DNA from: a virus
IMG/VR virus record: IMGVR_UViG_3300031566_000001
Span: 64,001-128,000 of that record
Direction: 5' to 3' (one strand)
Length of the DNA: 64,000 bases
Made by a program: the position numbers and the translations under genes. Within the stretch, counting starts at the first letter, position 1, and every line of letters begins with the position of its first letter. The notes under the pieces are model-generated. The model had not been told where the DNA came from. It did not search any database and worked only from the letters and a program-made list of their open reading frames with translations. This document shows positions 55,381 to 63,827 of this stretch, piece after piece.

Positions 55381-56183
55381 ATGAGCAAGACCTCAAGGAC
55401 GCCTTCGCGGCCCTGGAGCCGATGAGTGACGAGGCCCCGCCCCGGTACACGTGGGAGCGGCACCGGTGGGAGATGCGCCGCCATGTGCGCCGGGATCCCA
55501 TTGCGGGGTTCTTGAACTGGCCCACGGTGACGGCTACCATGTTCGCGGGGGAGACCCCGTTTATCCGTTCTGAGCTGGAGGCCCTGCGGGCGCAGCCTGA
55601 TTGGGCGATCCCTTGGCGGCCTGCCATCGCGGATAGCGGAATAGGCAATGCCCCACGGATGTCCGGCGACACTTCCACGAACGCCAATATGATTCATCAG
55701 GCTTTTCACCTGATGATGTGGAACAAGGCCACGCTCAAGGAGCTGCGGGACCTGGAGACCATCACGGAGTTCGGTGGGGGCTATGGGGCCATGTGCCTGA
55801 TAGCGTCAAGATTGGGGTTCCGGGGCACCTACCGCATGGTGGACTTCCCCGAGATGCGGCTTCTGCAGACCTACTACCTGTCACAGCACGAGCTGGGGTG
55901 CACGGTGGAGTTTCGGGAGGTCATCGGCCCACCGCGTTCAGACCTGTTGGTGGCTTGTTATTCGCTGAGTGAGGTCCCGCTAGAGGATCGCAAGCCGCTT
56001 CTCGGGGACGGGCGCGCTGACCATGCGGCCAATAGCTATCTCTTTGCCATGCAGGATAAGTGGGATGACGTGGACAATCTGGATTGGGTGAGGCAGTTTA
56101 CTATGTGGGACAGGGACGACTTGCTGTGGTCCATCTTCCCGATGGTGAGGCCGGGGCACTGGTACGCGATGGGCAATGCCTAA
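55377..56183 (+). CDS. Putative sugar O-methyltransferase
   Basis: EFGGGYG, VDFPE...LQTYYL, YSLSEVP. Confidence 0.75.
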   Translation: MNEQDLKDAFAALEPMSDEAPPRYTWERHRWEMRRHVRRDPIAGFLNWPTVTATMFAGETPFIRSELEALRAQPDWAIPWRPAIADSGIGNAPRMSGDTSTNANMIHQAFHLMMWNKATLKELRDLETITEFGGGYGAMCLIASRLGFRGTYRMVDFPEMRLLQTYYLSQHELGCTVEFREVIGPPRSDLLVACYSLSEVPLEDRKPLLGDGRADHAANSYLFAMQDKWDDVDNLDWVRQFTMWDRDDLLWSIFPMVRPGHWYAMGNA

Positions 56184-56247
56184 ATGGATCAACGACCTAA
56201 ATGCACAGGTCATAGAGTGTGATGAAGGTGGAGGATGAGGAGGAGAA

Positions 56248-56394
56248 ATGAATGAGATAGTTGCGGTGCTCGTGGTGGTCTTGGTGCTGTTCTTTGTAGG
56301 GGTGCCCCTGGCGATGGTGCTCATTTCTCTTGGATGGCGCTGGCTTGACTTCGTAAATAGCAAGCTACATATCGTCAAGGGTCCGTGGGACTAG
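56248..56394 (+). CDS. Small membrane protein between repeats 1 and 2
   Basis: 48 aa, one TM helix, SD AGGAGG. Confidence 0.6.
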   Translation: MNEIVAVLVVVLVLFFVGVPLAMVLISLGWRWLDFVNSKLHIVKGPWD

Positions 56395-56460
56395 ATGCCC
56401 AAGTGGACTGAGGATCTAAACGCATAGGTCATAGAACGCGACGAAGGTGGAGGATGAGGG

Positions 56461-56733
56461 ATGACCGAGAATGATGCTAGGTACTGTCTCAAGCTGCTAC
56501 GAGATGAGTTGCCAGACGGGATAGACAAGGTTCTTGCCGAAGACCCCGACGTGGTAGTGCTGGCTAAGGAGTTGATGGAAGAGCATACCCTCATGGACGA
56601 AGAGGGAGTTCTGTGGGTGAACTTAGAGCACGGGCTGCTAGAGGGCATCTTAGAGGTGCAGTTCGGCATTCGCCTGACGCCCGGTGGCTATGAGTGGGTA
56701 GGAGGACAATGCCTAAGTGGATCGACGATCTAA
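56461..56733 (+). CDS. Hypothetical protein between repeats 2 and 3
   Basis: 90-aa ORF whose SD is supplied by the repeat tail. Confidence 0.6.
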   Translation: MTENDARYCLKLLRDELPDGIDKVLAEDPDVVVLAKELMEEHTLMDEEGVLWVNLEHGLLEGILEVQFGIRLTPGGYEWVGGQCLSGSTI

Positions 56734-57002
56734 ACCTAGAGGTCATAGAACGCGATGAGGAACGATGTATCCTCTGTCCTGCGCCAGCGATGTATAAGCC
56801 GCACCACATCGTCCCCAGGTCTAGGGGCAAGGGGCGGAGTCCGAAACTATGGCGCTTAGAGAATATGTGTTGCGTCTGCCCACTACACCATGACAATACC
56901 AAGGCACTGCGAATCAGGTTGCTTGAGAGAATGGTTGAGCTTGGGCATGATATGACTTGGGCCAGAGAATTTGTCGGCGAGATCGCGGGGGTGACATGCT
57001 AA
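56709..57002 (+). CDS. HNH endonuclease
   Basis: RD..RCILC...HHIVPRS.G...N.CCVC..HH. Confidence 0.85.
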   Translation: MPKWIDDLNLEVIERDEERCILCPAPAMYKPHHIVPRSRGKGRSPKLWRLENMCCVCPLHHDNTKALRIRLLERMVELGHDMTWAREFVGEIAGVTC

Positions 57003-58393
57003 TCTGCGCTGACTCTAGGGCTGCGCTGGCAGAGATAGAAGAGGGGAGCGTACAGTGCTGCATCACCTCTCCGCCATACTGGAGCCTCCGCAGGTACGGC
57101 GATGCAGCGGAGATGGTCTTTGGCGGCGATGCTGGCTGTGAGCATGAGTGGGGGCAGCACATTGTCAATCGGCGGGGCGCAGGCGGCGAGAGGGAATATG
57201 GCAGCTCTGATAGCGGTGTGGGCCGGGGGCCGGCACCCGAGTTGCCCTCCTCCAATATCTGCTCCCTCTGCGGCTGCTGGCGCGGTCAGTTCGGATTAGA
57301 GCCCACCCCCGAGATGTACGTGGAGCACATGCTGGACTTTTTGCGGGCAATATGGCGGGTGCTGAGGGATGATGGGACGCTGTGGCTGAATCTCGGGGAC
57401 TCTTATGCGAGTCAGGGGGGGGCTAAGACAGAAGCCTCATACGCCTCAGCAGGCACGGGCAATAGTGCCAATCGGACGCTGCGGGTTGATGCCCGGAGAC
57501 CACCCGGAGGCCTCAAGCCCAAGGACCTCGTGATGATCCCCTTCCGCGTGGCGTTGGCTGCGCAGGCAGACGGGTGGTGGGTGCGGTCGGTGATCATCTG
57601 GTCCAAGCCTAACCCCATGCCAGAGTCAGTGCGGGACAGGCCGACAACGGCGCATGAATACGTGTTCCTCTTGACGAAGAGCAAGACCTACTTCTACGAT
57701 GCCGATGCGATAAGGGAGCCATGTACCATGACGCCCCAGGCCAGGTTGACTCCACGAGACATGAAGAATGGCAAGGATAGCCAGCGGGCCGTTCACCGTA
57801 GACCACAATACCAGCTCCGAGATGAGCCAGGGGTAGAGGGCAACCCATTAGGCCGCAACAAGCGTACGGTCTGGGAGATAGCCACGGCCCCATATCCCGG
57901 CGCCCACTACGCAACATTTCCTCCCAAGCTAGTAGAGCCGATGATACTGACCACGCCCACGAAGGTCTGCGCTGAGTGCGGGGCTGGGTGGGAGAGGGTG
58001 GTTCAGAAGCCCGACATGAAGGAGCGACCAAAGCGCAACCAGCAGAAATACGGAGCAGAGCGCATCAATGTTGGCTGGGGTGACTACCCGCAGAGCGCGG
58101 GGCAGGAGTGGCAAAAGTGGCGCAACGAGAACCCTGACGTAACCCTTGGCTTCCGCCCCACCTGCTCCTGTGATGCTGAGACCAAGCCCGCCGTCATCTT
58201 AGACCCCTTCTGTGGTAGGGGCACCGTTCTCAAAGAGGCAAGAGCGCATGGCCGGGACTGGATAGGCATAGACGTCGATCCTCAATCTATCAAGCTGGCG
58301 GAGGAATGGCTGGGGCTAGGGGAGGTTACCTATGAGATTGACGAAGAGCATTGGATACAGCCGCAATTAGTCAATGAGGAGTCAGCACAATGA
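56996..58393 (+). CDS. DNA methyltransferase (N4-C/N6-A, beta class)
   Basis: CITSPPYW, LWLNLGDSY, IIWSKPNPMPESV, HYATFP, LDPFCGRGT. Confidence 0.92.
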   Translation: MLICADSRAALAEIEEGSVQCCITSPPYWSLRRYGDAAEMVFGGDAGCEHEWGQHIVNRRGAGGEREYGSSDSGVGRGPAPELPSSNICSLCGCWRGQFGLEPTPEMYVEHMLDFLRAIWRVLRDDGTLWLNLGDSYASQGGAKTEASYASAGTGNSANRTLRVDARRPPGGLKPKDLVMIPFRVALAAQADGWWVRSVIIWSKPNPMPESVRDRPTTAHEYVFLLTKSKTYFYDADAIREPCTMTPQARLTPRDMKNGKDSQRAVHRRPQYQLRDEPGVEGNPLGRNKRTVWEIATAPYPGAHYATFPPKLVEPMILTTPTKVCAECGAGWERVVQKPDMKERPKRNQQKYGAERINVGWGDYPQSAGQEWQKWRNENPDVTLGFRPTCSCDAETKPAVILDPFCGRGTVLKEARAHGRDWIGIDVDPQSIKLAEEWLGLGEVTYEIDEEHWIQPQLVNEESAQ

Positions 58394-59652
58394 TCTTTTC
58401 CAATCGTCACGAGGTGGAGACACACCTGGCTGAGCAGGCCGATGGGGGTGTCATCGTCGAAGTGGGCTGCGGCGTAGGCGATGGCCTGGTGGCCCTGCTC
58501 AACGGCACGCGGTACGGTAGACTTTTGCCTGTGTATGCTGTCGATCCTTATACTCCCTACGTGGACAAGCTGGGGGGCACCTACGGGCCGGAGAGCAAGC
58601 AGGAGGCCCTGGATAAGGTGGTGGGCACGGGGTTGGGGCGGTTGGTGGCCTTCGTCGAGGAGGACGGCGTACTGGTGGGCGAAAATTGGGACTTGCCTAC
58701 GGCCCTGGTGTGGATTGACGTCAGCATGGAGTATGACGGTCTCAAATGCGTCTGGGACGCCTGGGCGGACAAGGTCATGGAGGACGGACATATCGCTATC
58801 GCGGGCCTGGGTTATAGCAGCCTGGGTACAGCGCGGGTGATGCAGGAGGCCGTTGACTCGGGGGACTTCGTGCGGGTGCTGTCGGAGCAGGACAGGGTGG
58901 CGGTACTACGCAGGGTGCCCCGGAATAGGCGGGCCGTGTTCTACATCGTGGATGGTGAACCCTATGCTGAGGAGGCGGCTTACAGTGCGTCCAGTGTCAA
59001 GGAGCACATGCCCGGCGTGGAGACCTTTCTGTTTGCGGTGGGTGGCACAGGGGCCAGGGAGAGCATCGACCACGTAGTGCTCTTGCCGCCTCGGGAGAGC
59101 GAGCTGTGGTACCTGGACAGCACGCGGTACTTCAACCAGGCGGTGGCGCACCTCCACGAGTACAACCGTCTTTTGTACCTTGACACGGATACCTGGGTGG
59201 CCTGGGACTGTTTGGATATGTGGTGGCTCCTAGAGCAGTTTGACGTGTGCCTGGGGCACAGTGCGGGCCGGGAGGCCATGCCTTCAGCGATTGGGACGCC
59301 CCCGGCGTTCACTACCCTGTCTATCGGGGTTAGTTTATTCCGCAACAACGCGGAGGTCCGGGCTACGCTGGCGGACTGGCTGGCGTTCTACGAGAAGTAC
59401 CAGGGCATCTACGGCGACAATGATGAGAGTCCTTTAAGGGATGTGCTGTGGCTGAATCGGCAGGGGCTGAAAATGTATATCCTGCCCCCTGAGTACAACG
59501 TCCGAGCTGGGTTTGGGTGCTGGCTCTACGGTCGGGCTAGGATAGTTCATGCTCGGCTGCCTCGGTTGAGGCATGTAGCAGAGCAGTTGAATGAGCACAC
59601 GTCTATGCGTTTGTGGCACGATGGTGAGTTCTTGTGGTGGCATCAGAAGTGA
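58390..59652 (+). CDS. Methyltransferase fused to a GT-A glycosyltransferase
   Basis: VEVGCGVG...AVDPY, then LYLDTD, DESPLR and LPPEYN. Confidence 0.75.
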   Translation: MIFSNRHEVETHLAEQADGGVIVEVGCGVGDGLVALLNGTRYGRLLPVYAVDPYTPYVDKLGGTYGPESKQEALDKVVGTGLGRLVAFVEEDGVLVGENWDLPTALVWIDVSMEYDGLKCVWDAWADKVMEDGHIAIAGLGYSSLGTARVMQEAVDSGDFVRVLSEQDRVAVLRRVPRNRRAVFYIVDGEPYAEEAAYSASSVKEHMPGVETFLFAVGGTGARESIDHVVLLPPRESELWYLDSTRYFNQAVAHLHEYNRLLYLDTDTWVAWDCLDMWWLLEQFDVCLGHSAGREAMPSAIGTPPAFTTLSIGVSLFRNNAEVRATLADWLAFYEKYQGIYGDNDESPLRDVLWLNRQGLKMYILPPEYNVRAGFGCWLYGRARIVHARLPRLRHVAEQLNEHTSMRLWHDGEFLWWHQK

Positions 59653-59665
59653 AAGGTGGTGAAGG

Positions 59666-59944
59666 ATGGACAGCAACGTCTTAACCCGAGGCATAATTCC
59701 CCTGAGGCGCATCAAGCGCCTGCGTAGGTGCATGAACCCCAGTTGCCGCTTCGTGGTCGGCGCGGGCAAGATGGCCTTGGAGAGCACCAACATCGGTGAG
59801 TTCGCGCGGTTGACCTGCCCTAAGTGCGGAGCACTGCATGTGTTCAACCCCATCTCTACTGTGAGGCCTGATGCTGAGCGGCACATCTTCGTGGTCCGTG
59901 ACCGGGGTGGTCAGGTAGAGCATATTTTCCCGAGGGTGCAATGA
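59666..59944 (+). CDS. Zn-ribbon protein
   Basis: CMNPSC...CPKCG. Confidence 0.6.
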   Translation: MDSNVLTRGIIPLRRIKRLRRCMNPSCRFVVGAGKMALESTNIGEFARLTCPKCGALHVFNPISTVRPDAERHIFVVRDRGGQVEHIFPRVQ

Positions 59945-60390
59945 GGCGGCGCTACTTTGAGTGGGATTACGTTAGTAACCGCATGACTGAGTGGGCTCGC
60001 GTGGGGCACTGCTGCCAGTGCGCCGCGTGTTGTCAGAACAGCATCGGCTTCAAGTTTGAGAGCAGCAAGCTCTATGAAGCGAAGAAATCGGGCAGTTACT
60101 ACACCACTGGCAAGGGCATCTGGCAGGAGGTCCGCGTAGGGGGCCGGTACAGGCACTTCTTCCAAATGGAGTACGTGGCTGCCAAAGGGAAGGGGTGCGC
60201 CAGCCTGGAGCGTGGCTTGTGCGAGGAGTATGAGCACCGTACTTGGATTTGCCGGGAGTGGCCCTTCTCGCCGCGCTGCATAGAAGCCACCTCGGAGTGT
60301 ACTTATGGATTCCGCGAGGTTGATCGTAGGTCTTTTGTGGTCGTCGTCCCTGAGAAGGACGAGGGCGATTTCGTACATGTGCCATTGTAG
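59941..60390 (+). CDS. YkgJ-family cysteine cluster protein
   Basis: CCQCAACC...C..L...LC..YEHR..ICREWP. Confidence 0.75.
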   Translation: MRRRYFEWDYVSNRMTEWARVGHCCQCAACCQNSIGFKFESSKLYEAKKSGSYYTTGKGIWQEVRVGGRYRHFFQMEYVAAKGKGCASLERGLCEEYEHRTWICREWPFSPRCIEATSECTYGFREVDRRSFVVVVPEKDEGDFVHVPL

Positions 60391-60399
60391 GAGGGTGTT

Positions 60400-61059
60400 A
60401 TGGTCACTAAGGCCATCATGCTCATCCACGTCTTCCGGACCGGTGGTTACATGGTGCAGGGGGTCCTACGGAAGGTCCCTGGCCTGGTGATGGTCTCGGA
60501 TAGGCCCACGGAGCACCTGACCTATGATCAGATGGCTGTGGTGTGCGCGAGAGAACGCATGGGGAACCCGCCCGCTATGGTTTTTATCCGCAACCCTTTT
60601 GACTGGTATGTCTCTATGTGGTGCTGGGTCAACATGGCGCCGAACATGCCTCCAGTCTCGGAGTTCCGCGAATACCTGGAGGTCATCCGGGTGCGGCGCT
60701 ATGGCACCACGGGGACGGGCCGCAACTATAGCAGGCTCTCCGAGCACTGGGCTGACATGGGGGCAGGCAAGGCGCAGTGGGAGGGGCGCTTTGAGACTCT
60801 ACGGGAGGACTTCATGGACATCATGCTCAAGGTCATGCCCAGCCTGGTGAACGAGAAGATGTTAGGGGACCTCATGGCCAAGGAACCCATCTATCACCCC
60901 AGCAGGCATCCTCAGACAGGTAGGCATCCTGGGGACTATCGGCAATACTACACCCCGGAGACAAGGGCATTGGTCGAGGAGTGGGACAGTGAGCTTCTAG
61001 AGCGGTTCGGTTACACTTTTGAGGAGAAGGTAGATGATATACCCAATCCCGGTGCCTGA
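60400..61059 (+). CDS. Sulfotransferase family 2-like protein
   Basis: IHVFRTGG, IRNPFDWYVS, RFETLREDF, DYRQYY...FGYTF. Confidence 0.8.
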   Translation: MVTKAIMLIHVFRTGGYMVQGVLRKVPGLVMVSDRPTEHLTYDQMAVVCARERMGNPPAMVFIRNPFDWYVSMWCWVNMAPNMPPVSEFREYLEVIRVRRYGTTGTGRNYSRLSEHWADMGAGKAQWEGRFETLREDFMDIMLKVMPSLVNEKMLGDLMAKEPIYHPSRHPQTGRHPGDYRQYYTPETRALVEEWDSELLERFGYTFEEKVDDIPNPGA

Positions 61060-61927
61060 TGAGTTCCGCCCGGCCAGCCAGGGTTACACTATGCCGCCGC
61101 ACTGCCCGCCGGAGGGGTACGGCGTGGAGCAGGACTTTGACGCTTGGTTACGGACGCAAGGGGAGCTTTTGACTGATTCCGCGGAGGCCGACTGGCTGTA
61201 CCTCCCGGTGTTCTGGAACCGGCTCTTTATTGCCACCTGGAAGTGGGCGCAGGATGAGGCCGCCATAGCCCGCTGCGCCGATTGGCTGGCGGCTCTCAGG
61301 GATAGTTTGGGCGGCTTTGAGAGGGTGTTCACCGTCTGTGAATGGGACCTGACCACGGAGCGGCAGGAGCTGGGCACGGACGGGCTGACTGTGTTCACGG
61401 CGGGGCGTCGGGATCGCGCAGGCCTTGATATACCGTTGCTCTGTGCCCCACATGGCGTCCCGCCGGTTTCATACGGCAAGCAATACCTGGCGTCATTTGT
61501 GGGCAACATTGGGACGTCAGGCTGGCGTCAGGGTATGTTGGAGGCCCTGGAGGGCTACGGCGGGGTCCTCATCGAGCACGCACAGAAGGGGCCAGCCTAT
61601 TTCTGTGATGTGATGACCAAGAGCTACGTGGCCCTGGCCCCCAGGGGTCACCGGGGGCAGAGCTTCCGGTTCTACGAGGCCATGGACATGGGTGTGGCCC
61701 CGGTCCTGATCGGTGATATGGATACCCGGCCCTTTAAGAATTGGGTCAATTGGGACTCATGCTCTTACTACGTTCCTGACGCCTCGGAACTTCCCGGCTT
61801 TATTGACAACCTGGACCTGGAGGACGCGTTACGCAAGGGCGCGGAGGCGGCACGGGTATACCATGAGTGTCTGCGGTTCGGGCGGTGGTGCATGTTTGTG
61901 GTGCCTGAGCTGCTGAGCGTGCCGTAA
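61034..61927 (+). CDS. Exostosin/GT47 family glycosyltransferase
   Basis: EADWLYLPV and LAPRG...SFRFYEAM..G..PVLI. Confidence 0.85.
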   Translation: MIYPIPVPDEFRPASQGYTMPPHCPPEGYGVEQDFDAWLRTQGELLTDSAEADWLYLPVFWNRLFIATWKWAQDEAAIARCADWLAALRDSLGGFERVFTVCEWDLTTERQELGTDGLTVFTAGRRDRAGLDIPLLCAPHGVPPVSYGKQYLASFVGNIGTSGWRQGMLEALEGYGGVLIEHAQKGPAYFCDVMTKSYVALAPRGHRGQSFRFYEAMDMGVAPVLIGDMDTRPFKNWVNWDSCSYYVPDASELPGFIDNLDLEDALRKGAEAARVYHECLRFGRWCMFVVPELLSVP

Positions 61928-61932
61928 CTCCT

Positions 61933-61999
61933 GCCACCTTGCCAGGGGTGGCGCGTTTCCTCCTTTTGGGGGCGGGTGGGGCCGGGCCTGCCCGCCCCC
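61933..61999 (+). terminator. Tandem hairpins ending the glycan operon
   Basis: GCCACCTT/GGGGTGGC and GGGGGCGGGTGGG/CCTGCCCGCCCCC. Confidence 0.55.
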
Positions 62000-62201
62000 T
62001 CCTATAAGGATTTCGGCCCGGTTTTCCCTCTTGGTTGGTATGTAAATGGCGCTTTTCCTGTTTATCCGCGACCCTGCCCCCAAACGTCACCAGAGACACC
62101 CAGGTCACCCAGGGCGGTGTTGGGGTGTGAATAGGTGGCTTGATATCCCCAAATGCTTAGAGCGGCTTGTGGTGAATCATGTTAGAATACTAAACTGGTA
62201 C

Positions 62202-62230
62202 TTGACAAAATATAAACGATGTGTTATAAT
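62202..62230 (+). promoter_or_regulatory. Consensus sigma70/sigmaA promoter (probable early promoter)
   Basis: TTGACA-N17-TATAAT with extended TG and AT-rich upstream sequence. Confidence 0.9.
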
Positions 62231-62287
62231 ATAGGTAAGATGAGGAACCAGAGAGCAGAGTAACAGGATACCACAGAGGAGGAGACG

Positions 62288-62521
62288 ATGGCAGAGAGAA
62301 CGGATTACCCAAGGAACCTAGCTGAGATTGCAATACAGGGCGCTATTGCCCAGCTTGGTCAGGCAGATAGCCTCTTGCAGAGGTATCAGGCTGAGTACGA
62401 CCTTCTTCACCACGAATTGGGTGATGATGGCGGCACGGAAGCCGCGCCAGCGCGCCATGCGGTGGAACAGGCCCTCAATCGTCTGGAATATGCCTTGCAG
62501 GAGACTAAGCAACTCTCATAG
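62288..62521 (+). CDS. Hypothetical early protein
   Basis: SD GGAGG; first ORF after the promoter. Confidence 0.7.
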   Translation: MAERTDYPRNLAEIAIQGAIAQLGQADSLLQRYQAEYDLLHHELGDDGGTEAAPARHAVEQALNRLEYALQETKQLS

Positions 62522-62591
62522 CCGAAACTGGGGTGGAGGCCCCGGTCACCCGCGATGCCGCCGTGCGGGTCCGATGAGGCGATGGGCGGCG
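62521..62591 (+). ncRNA. Type II hammerhead ribozyme with pseudoknot (core CCGAUGA)
   Basis: GCC-GAAA-CTGGGG/CCCCGG-TC-ACCCGC/GCGGGT-CCGATGA-GGC; loop I GCCGCC pairs with the 3' tail GGCGGC. Confidence 0.8.
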
Positions 62592-62605
62592 AGAGGAGGC
62601 AACAC

Positions 62606-63268
62606 ATGAAAATCCTGGCAACTGATGAGCAGAGTCTTGCACGCTGGCAGCGCCTACGCCCTACACCCAAGCAGATGCTCCGGATGGGCACCAATAAGAA
62701 GACATTTCACTGCGTGCGCTTTGGGCAGCTGGAGGCCTGGGGCAACGGGTTCTTCCTGCTGGTGGGGAACTCGCCGGACGTGCCTATGGAGGATATGACC
62801 CAGCGCATGCAGCGGTTCTCGGACTGGTCTGACATGAAGGACCGGCTGCTGACGCCGGGGGCTTGCCCTGTGGAGCCGCTGCTGTACCTGGAGGCTGACC
62901 GCTACAGCGTGCAGGAGCGCCGCTTGCTGGTGATGGAGATGCGGTCGCCCACGGACAGCGATGTGATCATGGAGCACCTTACCGTCAATGCAACCATGGC
63001 GCTCTTCATAGAACGTGAGTGCAGGGCGCGGTTCCCCGAGGACTGGATATTGGGCTGGCGGGGCAACCTGTCGGCGGAGGCCAGGATTCACGGGTGCGCC
63101 AAGGTACATCCCAAGCCATTGACGTATTGCGTAAGGGGTCCGGGAGCTGGCTATACCGCTGCTGGCGTGCTGATGCCCAGGACGTGGGGGAGTCAGTTGG
63201 TGAGCAAGGATGGTAGTGTGGCGCTCCAGTATGATGTGACCCGCAGGGTTTGTTATCGAGACGCTTGA
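62606..63268 (+). CDS. Hypothetical protein
   Basis: SD AGGAGG right after the ribozyme. Confidence 0.7.
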   Translation: MKILATDEQSLARWQRLRPTPKQMLRMGTNKKTFHCVRFGQLEAWGNGFFLLVGNSPDVPMEDMTQRMQRFSDWSDMKDRLLTPGACPVEPLLYLEADRYSVQERRLLVMEMRSPTDSDVIMEHLTVNATMALFIERECRARFPEDWILGWRGNLSAEARIHGCAKVHPKPLTYCVRGPGAGYTAAGVLMPRTWGSQLVSKDGSVALQYDVTRRVCYRDA

Positions 63269-63284
63269 TGAAAGGGGATAGAAG

Positions 63285-63527
63285 ATGACTGGCGCTGAGG
63301 TGATTGTATACGGGTTTGCTGCTGTTGGGTTCATAATAGTACTCTGCGTAGCACTAGGGGCTACAGAGGTAGTCGCCGAAGGTATGGTTGAGGATCGCAG
63401 GGAACAAGCTGAAATAGATACTCGGAAGGTGATTCAGGAACTTGAGATAGCCCTGCGCCACGCACGTCAGCCAGAGCACATTCTACTGCCCGCTATGATG
63501 GAGGTGAACGATGTCGCACATAGTTGA
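63285..63527 (+). CDS. Hypothetical membrane protein
   Basis: N-terminal TM helix. Confidence 0.6.
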   Translation: MTGAEVIVYGFAAVGFIIVLCVALGATEVVAEGMVEDRREQAEIDTRKVIQELEIALRHARQPEHILLPAMMEVNDVAHS

Positions 63528-63771
63528 TCCGCGCAATGTGAGGCCGGGGGACCTGAAGCCTGGCGATGTAATGATAAGAACGGTGGCGCTTCATGTGTTG
63601 CCGGACTACACGGGAGGCCGGTTGATGTACCCGATGTACCTGTGCCCGTGGCCGGATTCATCCCTTGTAGATGGTGTGCCCCAGGGCGCACGCATGGAGG
63701 GCAAGCCTGAGACCATGCAAGAGATATTCCCGGTGGTGGGCAATGCTGGGGCCAAGCCGGACCCGATGTGA
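63511..63771 (+). CDS. Hypothetical protein
   Basis: SD GGAGGTG. Confidence 0.6.
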   Translation: MSHIVDPRNVRPGDLKPGDVMIRTVALHVLPDYTGGRLMYPMYLCPWPDSSLVDGVPQGARMEGKPETMQEIFPVVGNAGAKPDPM

Positions 63772-63772
63772 T

Positions 63773-63817
63773 GTTTTGCTGGCAAAGGAAAGTATGGGCT
63801 GCGCTTTTGCGCAAAAG
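63773..63817. promoter_or_regulatory. Bipartite element, copy 8 (inverted order)
   Basis: GTTTTGCTGGCAAAGG (63773-63788), 15 bp, CTTTTGCGCAAAAG (63804-63817), abutting the SD. Confidence 0.75.
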
Positions 63818-63827
63818 GGAGGGAGAG

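Larger units (their letters stand above)
56176..56760 (+). repeat. Three ~50-65 bp direct repeats of the HNH gene 5' end
   Basis: ATGCCYAARTGGA...GAYCTAAA...AGGTCATAGA..GYGAYGA at 56176, 56395 and 56709. Confidence 0.85.

Noticed and set aside
56176-56760. CRISPR array
   Set aside because: Repeats are 50-65 bp, degenerate and coding-derived; spacers are 150-250 bp ORFs; no cas genes.
56996-58393. Intein in the long DNA methyltransferase
   Set aside because: The insertions are Cys-rich Zn-ribbon-like loops with no C...HN splice motifs or LAGLIDADG blocks.
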